A stretch of DNA of 64,000 nucleotides, from contig NC_087436.1 in the NCBI RefSeq assembly GCF_036321535.1, positions 113,276,001 through 113,340,000 of the forward strand. The letters are read 5' to 3'. This document shows, piece by piece, positions 11,990-23,957 of the stretch. Numbering within the stretch: position 1 is the first letter of the stretch; the number at the start of each line of letters is the position of its first letter. The position numbers were made by a program, and so were the translations under genes. A model generated the notes under the pieces. It was not told where the DNA came from and made no database searches. It worked only from the letters and a program-made list of their open reading frames with translations. This DNA comes from Camelus dromedarius (lineage: Eukaryota).

Positions 11990-13559
11990 GATTTCCACCT
12001 CTGGAATGATGGAGAAGACATACTTTTCTATATCCCTACCACTATATAAAGCTAAAAACCTGAACATTATATATAATGAACATAAGAAGACTTAGGAAAG
12101 ATGGAGAGAAGAAGGAGGACTTTCTAGGGAATCTCAGGGCCCAGGAAGTGACATGGTGGTGTTCCCTGGTTTGCTGTTTGTCTCATTTATCCCAGATTAG
12201 ATACAGGAGAAACCAACAAGCCGGGAATGCCAATGAGATGTAAATATTCTGAAGGAAAGCCTAATCTTTTCGACCCAAGGGCCAAGGACAGGAGAGCCCA
12301 AAAAGGTAAGAAACTTTTAGACAGTAACTGCTCAACTCAAGCCTAAAATCACAGAAGGAAATGCAGCCCTGTCACTACTTCTAAAAGAAAAGAGAAGTAG
12401 GGGCCTACATGATGTTTTTCAAGTGCTGCAAGAAAAATAAAATTCTTTCCTTTCAACCCAGACTTCTGTATCCAGCAAAAATATGCTTCAGGAATGAAGA
12501 GGAAATTAAGATGAAGGAAGACTAAGAAAGTTTGTCACCAGCAGATCTACTCTAGAAGGATGGCTAAAGGAAGTTCTCTAAACAGAAAGAAAATGATGAA
12601 AGGAGAAATGATGAACGTTACAAAGAAGAAAGAACCGCAAAAAGGGTAAAAAGATGGGTAAATACACAAAAGACTTCCCGTGTCCTCTTGTGTCTCTATG
12701 GAAGTGTCTTATGTGGTTCCCAGCAGATTCAGAGAAATATGTAAGAAAATTTTATTATGAACAGGAAAGGCAAAGGGACTTAAAGGGAGGCAAGGTTTCT
12801 ACACTTCACTCAAACTGATGCAATGTCATCACCAATAGACTGTGATAAATTATGTATACGATGCATAATGTATATAATAATGTATATAGAGTACCTAAAA
12901 TAACCACCAAAAAAGTTATACAAAGAGATATAGTCAAAAACTTCTGCCAAAAGCTGGGGAAAAAAATGCTCAGTCAGTGTGCACAGCAAGTGCAAAGGCC
13001 CTGAGTTCGGCAAGTGCACCAAATCATGCCAGCATGATAGATAAAACTGGAATACTAAAAAATGTTCAAGAGATCTACAGAAGGCAGGGAAAGGAAAAGA
13101 AAATTGAAAAACAGAGAGAACAAGCCAAAAAACAAACAAACAAAAATCACATGGCAGACTCAAGCTTTAACATATCAGTAATTAAAGATAATATTGTCAA
13201 AATGACAAACTATAGATGGAGGACAAATACATGATTGCCAGTGTTCAGGGGTTTGGGGAGGGATGGGAGTGGGTGTGACCTTAAAAGGCAGTGAGAGTGA
13301 AATACTTGTGATTTGGAATCGTTTGTACCTTGATTTCAGTGGTGGTTACACTAATCCATATGTGTTAAAAATGACATGGCGCTATAAACACATCGTACCA
13401 GTGTCAATTTCTGGTTCTGATACTGTGCTGTAATGTTGTATATTGAACTACTGGGGGAAACTGGGTGAAGGACACATGAGACTTCCCTGTAAAATCTTTG
13501 CAACTTTCTGTGAATCTAAAATTATTTCAAAATAAAAAGTTAAAAATAAATAAAACTTT
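11990..13559 (+). mobile_element. Internally deleted L1 (L1MD-like): 5' end, ORF1 C-terminus and 3'UTR, nested in an older L1
   Basis: 5' gatttccacctctggaatgatggag; ORF1 ctgtatccagcaaaaata (LYPAKI); 3'UTR gggggaaactgggtgaagg...gtgaatctaaaattatttcaaaataaaaag; degenerate TSD aaaatgagagga (11978-11989) / aaaatgggaaga (13560-13571). Confidence 0.75.
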
Positions 13560-13571
13560 AAAATGGGAAGA

Positions 13572-14046
13572 AAAGAGAGGTAGTGGAAAGTATAATAACT
13601 CTTTTAGGTGTAAAAGGATACTTCTTAAGACTGACACAGAAGATAGCAAAGATTAAGTAAGAAAATGGAAAATTAGTAGAACTATAAAAAGTATTAATAC
13701 CAAGAGAACTACTAGATGAAAAATGAAAATTTTTCTCAATACTGTAAGAGAAAAAAAGACAGCACACCAGAGAAGAAAAGACAGTAAATATAAGTGATGT
13801 ACACTCATATATCAAGATATGAGGCAATAAGACAAAATTGAAACAACCATTTTAGTCATATCAATAAATGTGAATGGGCTTAACTTACCTATGAAAACAA
13901 AATTATAAAATCAAGTTGCTTTGTAAAGCATATCCCAATTCTCTACTATATATAAGAGACACTCTATAATGAGTGATTCCAAAGAACTGCAAATGAAGGG
14001 ATGGATGAAGATTACCAGACGAATGGAAATGAAATGAAGTCAGGCA
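13572..14046 (+). mobile_element. Ancient L1 right part: inter-ORF region and ORF2 endonuclease start
   Basis: atatcaataaatgtgaatgggcttaac = ISINVNGLN; atgaagggatggatgaagatt = MKGWMKI; disrupted. Confidence 0.75.
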
Positions 14047-14149
14047 CCTACGCTGTGTGACCTGCTTCAGAACAAGTCAGGGGAGCAGACTGCCTGGGTA
14101 CAGATACTTCTCATTCCATCTCAGACCTGTCTCCTGGTACGTACGCCTC

Positions 14150-14960
14150 CCCCTGTTTATTCTCTTCTCGTCATGGTGTCCTTGTTGTGCTTTCTGCCTG
14201 GATCACTCCTTCTCCAGGAGCCCACTTAGTTTGCTTCTCCACTTTTTTTGTATTTCTTCCCTAAAGTCTCCTTATCAGAGAGGATACCAAACCCTACATG
14301 GGATAGAAACCCCATCACTGAAAAGGAAAACAGCGATTTCCTAAGACTTACTGCCACTTGACTGCGACCTGTATGAGTCCGCTCGGGGCTGCGGTACCAA
14401 TATACCACAGGCTGGATTGGGGCTTTAAGCAACAGGAATTTATTTCTCGTATTTCTGAGGACTGGAAGTTCCAGATCAAGGTTTGGCAGGATTTGATTCC
14501 TAGTGAGAGTTCTCTTCCTGGTATTTAGATGGCAGCCTGATCTCTTCTTCCTCACGTGGCCTTTCCTCTGAGGACCTGCGGAGGGAAGGGAGGAGTGAGG
14601 GGCAGGTGGGTGGGGGGTGAGCGGGGAGAGAGAGAGAGAGACACTTTCTTCCTCTTTTTATGAGGCCAACAATCCTATGGGATTAGGCCCCTACTATGAC
14701 CTCATTTAACCTTAGTTAATCCATAAAAGCCTCATCTTCAAATATAGTCACATTAGGGGTCAGACTTCCAACATATGAATTTTGGGGGGGGACAACTTTC
14801 AGTTCATGGCATGATCTATTTATCCTTTTATCTTATGTCTGATGTAGATTCCATGAGAGCAAGAACCTGCCTATATTCTATTCACTGCTCTATCCTTAGT
14901 GCCTCGAATACAGCCTGACATTTTCAGAGCTCAACAGAAAATTGAATTAATGAATACATG
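14150..14960 (+). mobile_element. L2 3' region interrupted by MLT1A
   Basis: ctttctgcctggatcactcc before the LTR; tagattccatgagagcaagaacc...ttagtgcctcgaatacagcctgac...aatgaat after it. Confidence 0.7.
14370..14811 (-). mobile_element. MaLR LTR MLT1A-like
   Basis: tgtatgagtcc...aacaggaatttatttctc...tatgacctcatttaacctt...aacatatgaattttggggggggacaactttcagttcatggca; internal purine-rich expansion at 14580-14640. Confidence 0.9.
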
Positions 14961-15004
14961 AAAAGAAAAAAAAATAATCTTTGGTGTGTCCTTGTTCTCG
15001 CTAA

Positions 15005-15175
15005 TCTTCCCTGTTCTCATCTATAAAATGGGGTTCATAAGTATAGCTGCCTCACAGCTTTGTTTTAAACATTAAATGTGACAGTTCATGCAAAGCGATT
15101 TGTATTGGACACGGCATACAGAAAGATTAGTTATTGCTGCGGTATTATTACTGTTGTCAGCAATATTATGATTAT
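15005..15175 (+). mobile_element. MIR SINE
   Basis: ctcatctataaaatgggg...gcctcacagctttgttttaaacattaaatgtgac. Confidence 0.7.
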
Positions 15176-17934
15176 GTTGAGGTTAATCCTCAGTTGTGTT
15201 CCCCAAACCCACTTGGAACAAGACTAAAAATGGTGGAGACAGGGAAAGCTAGTGCCCCTACCCTACAGAAGGACGGTCACCATTGATTTCATGGGATGTC
15301 ACGTGTTGGTGCCCTTGGTCTTAGTTGGTACTTTGATATGAAATTTGAGCTGTTTCCTTAGCTTCAGAACAAAGAGACTCATGGTTTTACAGCTTGGTTT
15401 TACAGCTTGCATAGGTACTTGGCACCCTGCACCAACATCTTGTTTCGGGTTTTACAATGTTGCTATTATCTGACCTCTATACAGGCTGCCATTTCCATGG
15501 GATGTTGGGGACCTTCATTTGGGATTGAAGGGGAGAAGGAACGTGCCTTTGGGCTCAGCCTCCACCCAGACCCACCTTATCTTGGAAGACCCTGGTACTT
15601 CATCCCACTACAAGGTCTCCACCCAGGCACGACCTTGGGGACACAAAAGAAGAAAAACCAATTGGGTGTTCTTGTTCAGCCCTCGGACTCAGCCAGCTTC
15701 CTGCCACCACTGCTCTGTCCACCAATCCTCACCTCCCCACACAAACTCCTCACAGAATTCTTGCTCAGAGATGTGCTCTGGGTGAGTCTGGACTCTGTGA
15801 GCTTTTGTCCTGGGGAAGAACCAGTTATTGTGGAGAAGCAGGGGAGGTGTGTCTTTGCTCACCGTGCCCCGTCATCCGTGCAGAACTGGGGAGCCATCCT
15901 GCTATGCTGGAGTTGCCGGGCGGGGTGGTCAGAGCACCAGCTGACAAATATCTTTCCGAAACATTCAGGCCCACAGTGCTGCTCTGTTTCGCTCAGCTGA
16001 TCCAAAGGGCGTCGTCTCCCTGTCTGCACAGAAGGCAACTCTGCCTTCTGGACGCATGCCTGGTCTGTGCAGACAGACAGACAGACAGACGCCTGATGTG
16101 CTTGGGTGTCAGACCTCGAAGCTTCCTGGACAGCTGCTCACCTGTCCCATTTTTGCTTTTGGGAATAGAAACATTGATAATTAATGCAATAGTTATCTTC
16201 TGAAGACAGCCTCGAGAAGAACCTTAAAATATAAACAACAAAACAAAAGATCAGAGAAATCAGTGTTTGCTCTCGCTGTTACTCCATACTGCCAGAAGAG
16301 GGGGCCACATCTATTTTTTTAATTTTCTTCTGCAAACTACAGATATTGTAGAGAAAAATCTGTTGGTGGGTTTGTTCCACAGGGAATGATTGTAGTCTTG
16401 GCTTTATTTTTGGGCTTTGCCATCCTTCCTTCCTTCCATCTTTCCTTCCTTTCTCTTTCTTCTCATCTTTTCTTTCTTTTAAATCACTGCTTTATTCTTA
16501 GGAAACTATTAGAGAACTCCTTCTCCCCCCATTTTTTTTAAATACACATCAAAGTCACTCCTCACGTTTGAAAATGAATAAGATAAAGGCCATGGCTTTT
16601 CCACTAGGGTGTCACTTCCTTTAGTTTTCTACTCAGAAGATAGACGTTCAATAACTTCTCATCTTATCTGGGAGAGCCTTATTCCAGGCCATTGAAAGCG
16701 TCAGAAGGAAGGTGGAACCCTAGTCAACAGAGTTATTATCTGTCCTCAAGAGCCTGGCTTGGGAGACCTCATTATCACACAACTTGCACTTTGGGAGCTG
16801 ACATAACAAAAGGTCTCGAAGCTAAGGCTGCTGTGTTTTTGGAAGAGAAGGGGAGAGGTCTCCCAGAATGAGCCGGAGAAGGTGGAAAATGGGCCGGAAC
16901 TACAGAAAAATGCCGTCTTCCTTTCTTTTTTTTTTTTTTAAGCTTTACAATTTACTGTATTCACCCTCTGAAATGTTCTAGTGTGGGTTTTTTTTTCTTT
17001 TCCCTCTGTTAAAGGCCTAATTTCCTCGTTCACTCAATTCCTCTGCCCCAGTTTGAAAAAGAAAAAATAAGAAACCTCAATTGATCAGTGCAGCGATAAT
17101 TTCCATAACAATATCAACTTTCAAAATCAGGCTCACAACTTCTGAGCGAAATTATATCGTGGCTCCTGGAAAATCGGCTTCACAGAACAGCTTTTGCTAA
17201 AAACTGATCTGGTTTCCAGTCAGACCACAGCACACAGAGAACCCTTGTCAGCAGAGGGGAAAACAGTTGGATGGGTTTGACTGGGTGGCAGGGTCAGCCC
17301 CTCTCAAACATCTTGGCAGCACTGGATACGAGGAACTTCCAGATTTTATTGTGTGATTTAGTTCCTGGTGGAGGTTCCTAGGCAAATGGCCTGGCTGTGG
17401 TTAAACCTTGCTTGTCTTGGAACCAGTCTCAGGTGGTAACCCGTTTTCTCTGAATAGAATTACCAGTTTCCTTTGTTCATATTTTCTACTTAAGGTTCTG
17501 TGGTGTCTCTTAGTGTCAGTAAAGTCTTGGATTTGCATAGTTATGTGTAAGATAGTCACTCGCTTGAAACACCTGCCTTGTGTGTGTTGGTCTGTGAGCT
17601 GGCTTAGGCGGGGTTCCTCTGGACTCAGTTCAGTCCTGTGAGCACTGAGCCATGTTGTGGTTTGCTGGAGAGGTTAGTGGTGTTGCCAGAAATGCTAAAT
17701 CCTCTGGAGGTCAGTTTTCCTCCAGACTTCAAACGGCACAGTCAGCGCGCTAGCACCCAGCAGCCGCGGCCATTACAGACATTCCCCTCCGAGCTTTGCA
17801 CTCCTACATGAGATTAACAGCTCTGCAAAGGCCCTAAGCCCTGCTTTGTCACTTGGGCTGTCTTCTCATGACAAAGCAGACAAAATGTGGGCGTATTTCA
17901 GCAACTCACCTTTCTCCCTAGACAACTCGAAAAG

Positions 17935-18085
17935 GTAATGGTTAAGTCATACTGACTTCAACTCACATCTCGATTTTATTCACGGCTATGGGGTCTTAAT
18001 GCAAGCTCTTATCCCCTCCTATAAAGTGGGAATCATCAATGCATCTGCAGTGAGTTCCTGGCACTTTGTAAGGATTCAGCACATG
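17935..18085 (+). mobile_element. MIR fragment
   Basis: gtaatggttaag head and ctcctataaagtgggaatcatc core-like segment. Confidence 0.5.
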
Positions 18086-18539
18086 GCAGCCTTCGTTCCC
18101 CTTCATCCTCCCCAAAGAAAAAACATGGAAAAACTGGAAGAGGCTTTAGAAATAATCTATTCCAGTAACATTCAAATATTTTAAAAACCATAGGGTGTTT
18201 TGCAGGAATGAAATTGTAGGCAGAAATAGAAATCTATGTTATACCTCCAAGAGCAACATCTCTGAAGAAGGTGTGAGGACCTGGGAGATGGAGAGCCGAC
18301 CTGCTTGGCCCTCCTTCCTTTACCTCTCCCCCAGAACACTTTTGAAAAAGTCCCGAGAACTCTAAGAAATCCAAGGTTTATACTCGGACAACCACTCACC
18401 TAACCCAATTCCACCATTTTCAGTAATAGGCCAAGAAAAGAAGGAGGCTCACCCTTGGTCATGTGGCTAAAGAGAGACCTAGTCAGACTTGAATAGTTTT
18501 TTTTTTAAATATATATAATTTGGTTTTTGGGGTTTTTCT

Positions 18540-18586
18540 ATTTTTTTCTGAAATTGAAGTATAGTTGATATACAATGTTGTGTTAC
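18540..18586 (-). mobile_element. Very short young L1 3' tail
   Basis: attgaagtatagttgatatacaatgttgtgtta, the same tail family as 8445, 48816 and 63796. Confidence 0.6.
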
Positions 18587-18599
18587 ATGTGTAATTGAA

Positions 18600-19950
18600 C
18601 GGTGTTTATTACATATCCTTGAAGGCACTGGAGATAAAAATGAGATATGTAGATCTTAATCTACTCTATTTTCTGAAGTGAAAATCAGGGCTTATGTTAC
18701 AACAAGCACAATAGTTTGATTCAATATTGTCTTGGGAAATTAGAGATGTTTGGTTGCAGCCAAGCCCCACCCCGAGTGTATAAGCCAGTAGCTGAGACCA
18801 GACATCCTCATAAAAGATGGCTAAGGCATCCTTGGCGTGCAACCAGATGTGTGGTCCTTCTGAATTATAGGATTCAGAAGTGGTAATAATCTGGAAAGGC
18901 TGGAGTGCATGGGGAATGCTCCGTGAAGGATACTGCACCTAAGGTAGCCCCTGAAGGAGGGCAGGAGCATCAGCAAGAGGAGAGAGAGATAAAGGTCATT
19001 CGCTGCAGGTGGGAAATGGTGCGGAAAGCACAATATATGTAGAAAGTTGAAGAAACAACCAGCTGGTTAGGAGATGAAGAGTCTACTAGAGAAGTTGAGG
19101 TGGGTCACATGGAAGACACTGGGGAAGGGAATGGACTTTATTAAATGGGGTGCTCCCACAGATTTGAAGCACAGAGAGGCCAATGTGTACCCAGTAACGT
19201 TTTGGGAAGATTAATCACATCATAATTGCAGGATGAAGAGAGGAATCAGGAAAACAAATTGGGGAGCAATTACAGTCGTTCAGACATGACATCATGCAGG
19301 ACTGGGCTTGGGAGGGTGGCAGTGAGACCAAAAAGGTAGCAGAGGGCATGAAAAATTACTCAAAGGAAGAAATAAAAAACTTCAGTGACTCAGCAGATGT
19401 TGTGAACGAGGAGGAGGAGCTCAGACTGAGGGCAAGATGTGCAGCTGGGGTGGGCAGCTTGCGTGATGAAGATGGGTCTATAAAAGAGCACTTAAGGGGG
19501 CCCAGGTGAGTTTCTGGCTGATTGAGTGTGAGGGACGGTGGGATGTTGGGTAGACCTAGAGAGTGTCTCTAGCACAGTGATTAAGACCACAGGCCCCGGA
19601 GGCAGATCTCTGGGGTCTACCAGCTCCACCACTCCTAGCGGTGTCACTTTGGGCAAGTTACTTAAACTCTCTTAAGCCTCCGTGACCTCCTTTGATGGTT
19701 GTGAGGATGAACTAAGATAAAGGACGTAATGTGCACAGAACAATGAGTAACACTTGCTAAGTGCACACTCTCTATCTCTGTGCATCTATCTGCAGCTGGA
19801 GCTGGAGCTCTTGAATTATCAGGAAGGAAAGATGAGAAGCACTCAAATTTAGCAAGGAATAAAGACAGAGATATTTAAGTCATTTTAGAAGTGAAAATTG
19901 AAGATGTTAATTGCATCTTGAAACGACAAGAGAAGCATGACTAAGGGTTC
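18600..19950 (-). mobile_element. L2 LINE, fragmented and interrupted by MIR
   Basis: Purine-rich antisense L2 motifs: gaagattaatc...gcaattacagtcgttcagacatgac...ggagggtggcagtgag. Confidence 0.65.
19568..19770 (+). mobile_element. MIR SINE (core partly deleted)
   Basis: gcacagtgattaagacc...ctttgggcaagttacttaaactctc...ggttgtgaggatgaac. Confidence 0.75.
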
Positions 19951-20539
19951 AGGTCACCCAGGGAGCTCAGTAGAGAGGATACCCGGGGCCAGTCCACACT
20001 AGTGATTATTAAGGCGCTCGGAGTCTAGACCCCACTGGGGAATCCCAGCTCTGATGGACCAGGACAGATAGCAGGCATGAGAACCTGGGAGTCTGGCCCA
20101 CCAGACGCCAAGTGCAAGGCAGATAAGCAGTTGCACAGGCCCTTTGCCCTGGACCCCATTCTCTGATCCTGTGTCTCCCTCTTCCCACCCAAATGGTAAT
20201 AAAAGTTGAGGTGGGACGAACTCAAGAGTAGAGCTTGCCCCAGACATCCAACCCTACAGCAGAAGCCAATGCCCGTGTTATTAACTGATTTTGGAATTAG
20301 AAGGAGAAGGGAGAGAGAAGGAGGGGAGGTGGGAGGCAGAAGGTGAGGGAGGGTGAACATTAGCATTTTGTAAAGTTAAGACTCTGAAGCGGGTCTCTTA
20401 TTTTCTTACGTGGTTTCTCCCGTGCTCCAGGGACATGGCCACGTTCTGCTTTAGGGCAGCCGTCCTGGCGCGGTGAGGTGGTAAAGGAGAGAGGAGTGAG
20501 CTCCTCCCAGGGGTCAGGTCACCGGTAAAAGCCATAAGC

Positions 20540-20730
20540 CACAGAGGAGAGGACACCTACAGTTTGAAAATGTGGAGGAACAAGTCTAGTAAACGATGCT
20601 GTGGACAAGGACAGGAAGTAGGGACCAACGGTAAGGCTGGGAAGAGCGGTGGAGGAGGACCACAAGGTACCCAAAGCTGAAGAGGAAAAGAAGACAAAGA
20701 AGCGTTTGCTGGAGAAGGACTGAGGTTCCC
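20540..20730 (-). mobile_element. L2 fragment
   Basis: gaggacacctacagtttgaaaatgtggagg...ggaggaggaccacaagg resembles the antisense L2 ORF2 region. Confidence 0.45.
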
Positions 20731-21324
20731 GATGCTCTCCCACCTCTCACCCTCACTTGAATCAGGTCTCACTGGAGGGCAGTGCTGGACACTTTCTAAA
20801 GCCTGTTGGACCCCAAGGGGAGCCCTGAGGACCACGGCCTTAAATTGGAGCTAGGGCAACCATCAGATAAGAGATGATGATTTGCTACATTTTATCAAGC
20901 AAATAAAATCCCACAGAACAGAAAAAAAAAAAAAAAAAAAAGCTGATGATTTGGACATGAGTGGTCAAGGCCAGGACACCAGATTTGAATTCCCAAACAT
21001 GTTGTGAAGTCACCAGCACCAGTCCTGTGGTTCAGGCCCCCACAGGGTGGGCCAGGGCCACCCACCACCCATCACGCTAACTAAAAGGCAGTTATTAATC
21101 TCGCGCTGCTCACATTTTGGCATTTTTCAGCTATGTACTATCAAAACCGACAATAATTATAATAAATATAACAACAAAAAATAACCACTGCCATTTGGGA
21201 ATGACATAAAAACCAAATGCTATCAAAGCTCTTTACAAATGATTTAGCGTCTGTTTTTTTTCTTAGATTGCCTCAAATCTGGCTTTCTGGGCCATAAGAT
21301 TTTAAAACCCCAAGTGTCTGAGGT

Positions 21325-21535
21325 TTGGTCCAGAAGGGAGAGTCCTAGGCTAGGAGTCAAATATCCCCACTTCTGGTCCCAGCCACGCCTTTCTTGCTCC
21401 GTGACCTTGTAAGGGGAGTGGATGATGTATGCTCTGCGTCTTCCCCAGGTTTGTGATGAGAAGCCAAGGAGAGAGGTTGTGGCACATAGTGTGCTGATTA
21501 GAAACACACAGAAGGTACAGGAGTGTTTGTTCCTA
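21325..21535 (+). mobile_element. MIR SINE
   Basis: ggctaggagtcaaat...ttctggtcccagcc...ccgtgaccttg. Confidence 0.55.
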
Positions 21536-21599
21536 AGTCGCTCATTCAGCTCTGTTAGTTCTTGTCGTGGTTACTATCATGAGTGTTACAGCCAACCTT

Positions 21600-22590
21600 T
21601 CACCTGCAAGGGCTACTTTGGTAAATACCCAAAATACATTTCTGAGGTTGAAAACAGATCCAAGTTACTTCCCCTGGGATATGAAAGATCAGGCTGAAGA
21701 TAATTCAGGCTCTTCAAACAACAAAGATGTGTTCTTCCTCGCATTTCACATTCATCATGGGACTCTGTTTCTCAGTGTCACGGGGGGGGGGCTCTCAGGC
21801 TGTCGGAGCTGCTGCCACCTCCACCGTGCAGGTCACCGTGCTCTCAGGGTCTTGCCCCTGTAACTGAATGTTCAGCCCGGAAGTGACATCTCTCTCTTGC
21901 GTTCACAGCTTGTTGTCCAGAACTGACCTCATGGCCATCCTCCAACCTCATAAAGCCAGGAAGTGAGGGTCACCCATCCAGGTGTTACCCCAAAAGTTAA
22001 AGACCCTGGTTCTTGTCACACTCGAAAGACAAGTTTGCAGTCGGGAGACTGTGTTGTGTTGCAAAATATTTTTAAAGATTTATTTGAAAAGAAAGGAAAA
22101 GTACACCCCCAAGAACGGGAGGCAGGCTGCTCCAAAGGAGGAAAAGCAGTGATTTTTTTTTTTTTTTTTTTTTTTTTGGCTCCTCTTTCTCTTATACCCT
22201 CGCTTGGACGTGGTCTCCTGATTGATTGATGGCTCTTGTACTGGGAATGCTTAGTCATGTTTGGCTGCTTTGCGCATGTCCTTACCAATGGTGTACACAG
22301 AAGAAGCCATGTAGGGGAGCCCAGACCGCAGTGTTAATTATAATACAATGAGCACTGGCTTGTGTCCGGTTAAGTCCTTTCTGCTACTGCCAGTCATGGC
22401 TGTCAGGTTTTAACCAGTTTCTTGCTGGCACTCATTCAGAAGTAAAGTCCCTTTATGTCTGACGCGGGCATAATGCCATCTTCCGTCCCATCCCCCCTCT
22501 CCTCCACCTATCTGTATGGTGTCCCCCACTTGTCTAACTGCCTAACACAGGGACCCAGAAGTAGGGGGTGGAAGTCCTTAGCCAGCCACA
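21600..22590 (-). mobile_element. Old MLT1 LTR split by an ERV1 LTR
   Basis: cagcccggaagtgacatctctctcttgcgttcacagcttgttgtccagaactgacctcatggcc; resumes after 22551. Confidence 0.6.
21983..22547 (-). mobile_element. ERV1 solo LTR (MER41/51/57-type architecture)
   Basis: TGTTA...TAACA inverted termini; perfect 4-bp TSD CAGG at 21979-21982 and 22548-22551; minus-strand TATAAG (22191-22196) and AATAAA (22079-22084). Confidence 0.9.
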
Positions 22591-22653
22591 TGGCACCTCC
22601 ATTGATCCGGACAGGGATAAAGCTTTGACTCTTGCTAGTGATGGAGTCACTGT

Positions 22654-23120
22654 CATTCATTTTGTGTAACAAGCATTCACTGAGCACCTGCTGTATGTAA
22701 GGAACAGTGCCCAACGTGGGAGATGAGAAATCATAGGTAAGTTCTCCGCCCTTGAGCACAGCATTAGAAATACACACTGAAGGGCATATGAGCTTCCACC
22801 AGCCACTTCATCCAGCCCAAGGAGAGAGGGATGGGTTCCTGGAGGTGGTGTCCAAGGTAGGCCCTCCTGCAACAGTCATCCAGAGAGGCTGGCGAAGAAT
22901 GTTGTCCCCAGCAAGGACAGCAGGAGCCGAGACAGGCCAGAGCCAGCCCCTCGTGTGCTGGTCTTACAAGCAGAACTTCTGCTGGAGCATCAGCTGTGAG
23001 GCAGGATGGCCGAGGGTGGGGAGCTTGGATGGATGGAGGACCAGTGAGGAGGTAGAGACAGCATACAGGGAAGTGGGAGTGAAGTCTGTTGCAGGGCAGG
23101 TGAAGCAGGGGTGGAAGAAA
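22654..23120 (-). mobile_element. L2 3' region
   Basis: cattcatt...aacaagcattcactgagcacctgctgtatgtaaggaacagtgc. Confidence 0.7.
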
Positions 23121-23229
23121 ATGCTCAGGTTCCAAAAACCATGAAATGCAGCCTTCAGCTCTAAGCTTCCCCAGAAACAGCTGAGCAAAGAGGGAGGGAA
23201 GGACCTGGCCACTGTGTCGTCTCTCTTAG

Positions 23230-23400
23230 AAGCTGGACTTTTGGGGTTTAATCTCCCATTGAATGGCCGAGTTATCCTGGGTTAGTAATTTGCCCTCTCT
23301 GTGTTTTAGTGTCCCCATTTTCAAGATGGGACTAGGGATGGACAACTCACATCCATGAGACTAAACGAGTTAATACAGATAAAGAGCTCAAGACAGAGGC
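23230..23400 (+). mobile_element. MIR SINE
   Basis: gccctctctgtgttttagtgtccccattttcaagatggg...atgagactaaacgagttaatac. Confidence 0.6.
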
Positions 23401-23957
23401 CTGTTCTGCCAGCTGAAATATCAACATGGGCGTTTCCCACGAAGTCCTCGGGGACAAAGGACACTTCACGCCCAGGGACCTCAGCAGCGTCCTTTTCTGT
23501 CCGCCTCACAGAGGCCTTCCCTTTCTGGTCGGCAGGGTGGGCGGGCTCTGAGCAGCAGGCCCTGTTCTGCTGAGTCAGCTGCCCGGCCCCTCCTGGCCGC
23601 TGTCTGGCCCCCAGATTCCTCCAGGAGGAGCCAGGTCCCTGGAGCTGTTTCTGTCCTGGGGGCACAGCGAATAGCCTTTTACTTGGGGGGAGGGGTGTCA
23701 AAAAGCCTTCCTGAGAAACAATAGAGGGGTTTTTTCAGGGCACGGTGGGCTGTTTGCCAAAGTGGCCTGCCAAATCATGCCAGGAGGGGAGGCCCTGTGG
23801 TCACTGGGCTTCGTGCCAGGAATTTGCATCCGTCGAATGGAGCAGGAAGCTGCAGCCCAGGAGGGCCCGGGTTCCGATCTTATTTTTACCACTTAAGACA
23901 GATGCACCCTTGGTGGAGGTTTCGAGGCTCTGTTTCACTTCCCCAGCTGCCATGCGG

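Noticed and set aside
13247..13273. G-quadruplex-like G-runs
   Set aside because: Ordinary G-rich tract of an L1 3'UTR
15407..16000. 197-aa ORF
   Set aside because: Non-ATG start, no recognisable domain, no supporting exon structure; consistent with chance
16601..16615. ccactagggtgtcac and other partial CTCF-like strings (about 1205, 16292, 24655, 26555, 31846)
   Set aside because: Mismatches at key core positions or only a half match
20540..20725. Glu/Lys-rich reading (EEEKKTKKRLLEKD) suggesting a pseudogene
   Set aside because: Interrupted by stops and better explained as purine-rich antisense L2
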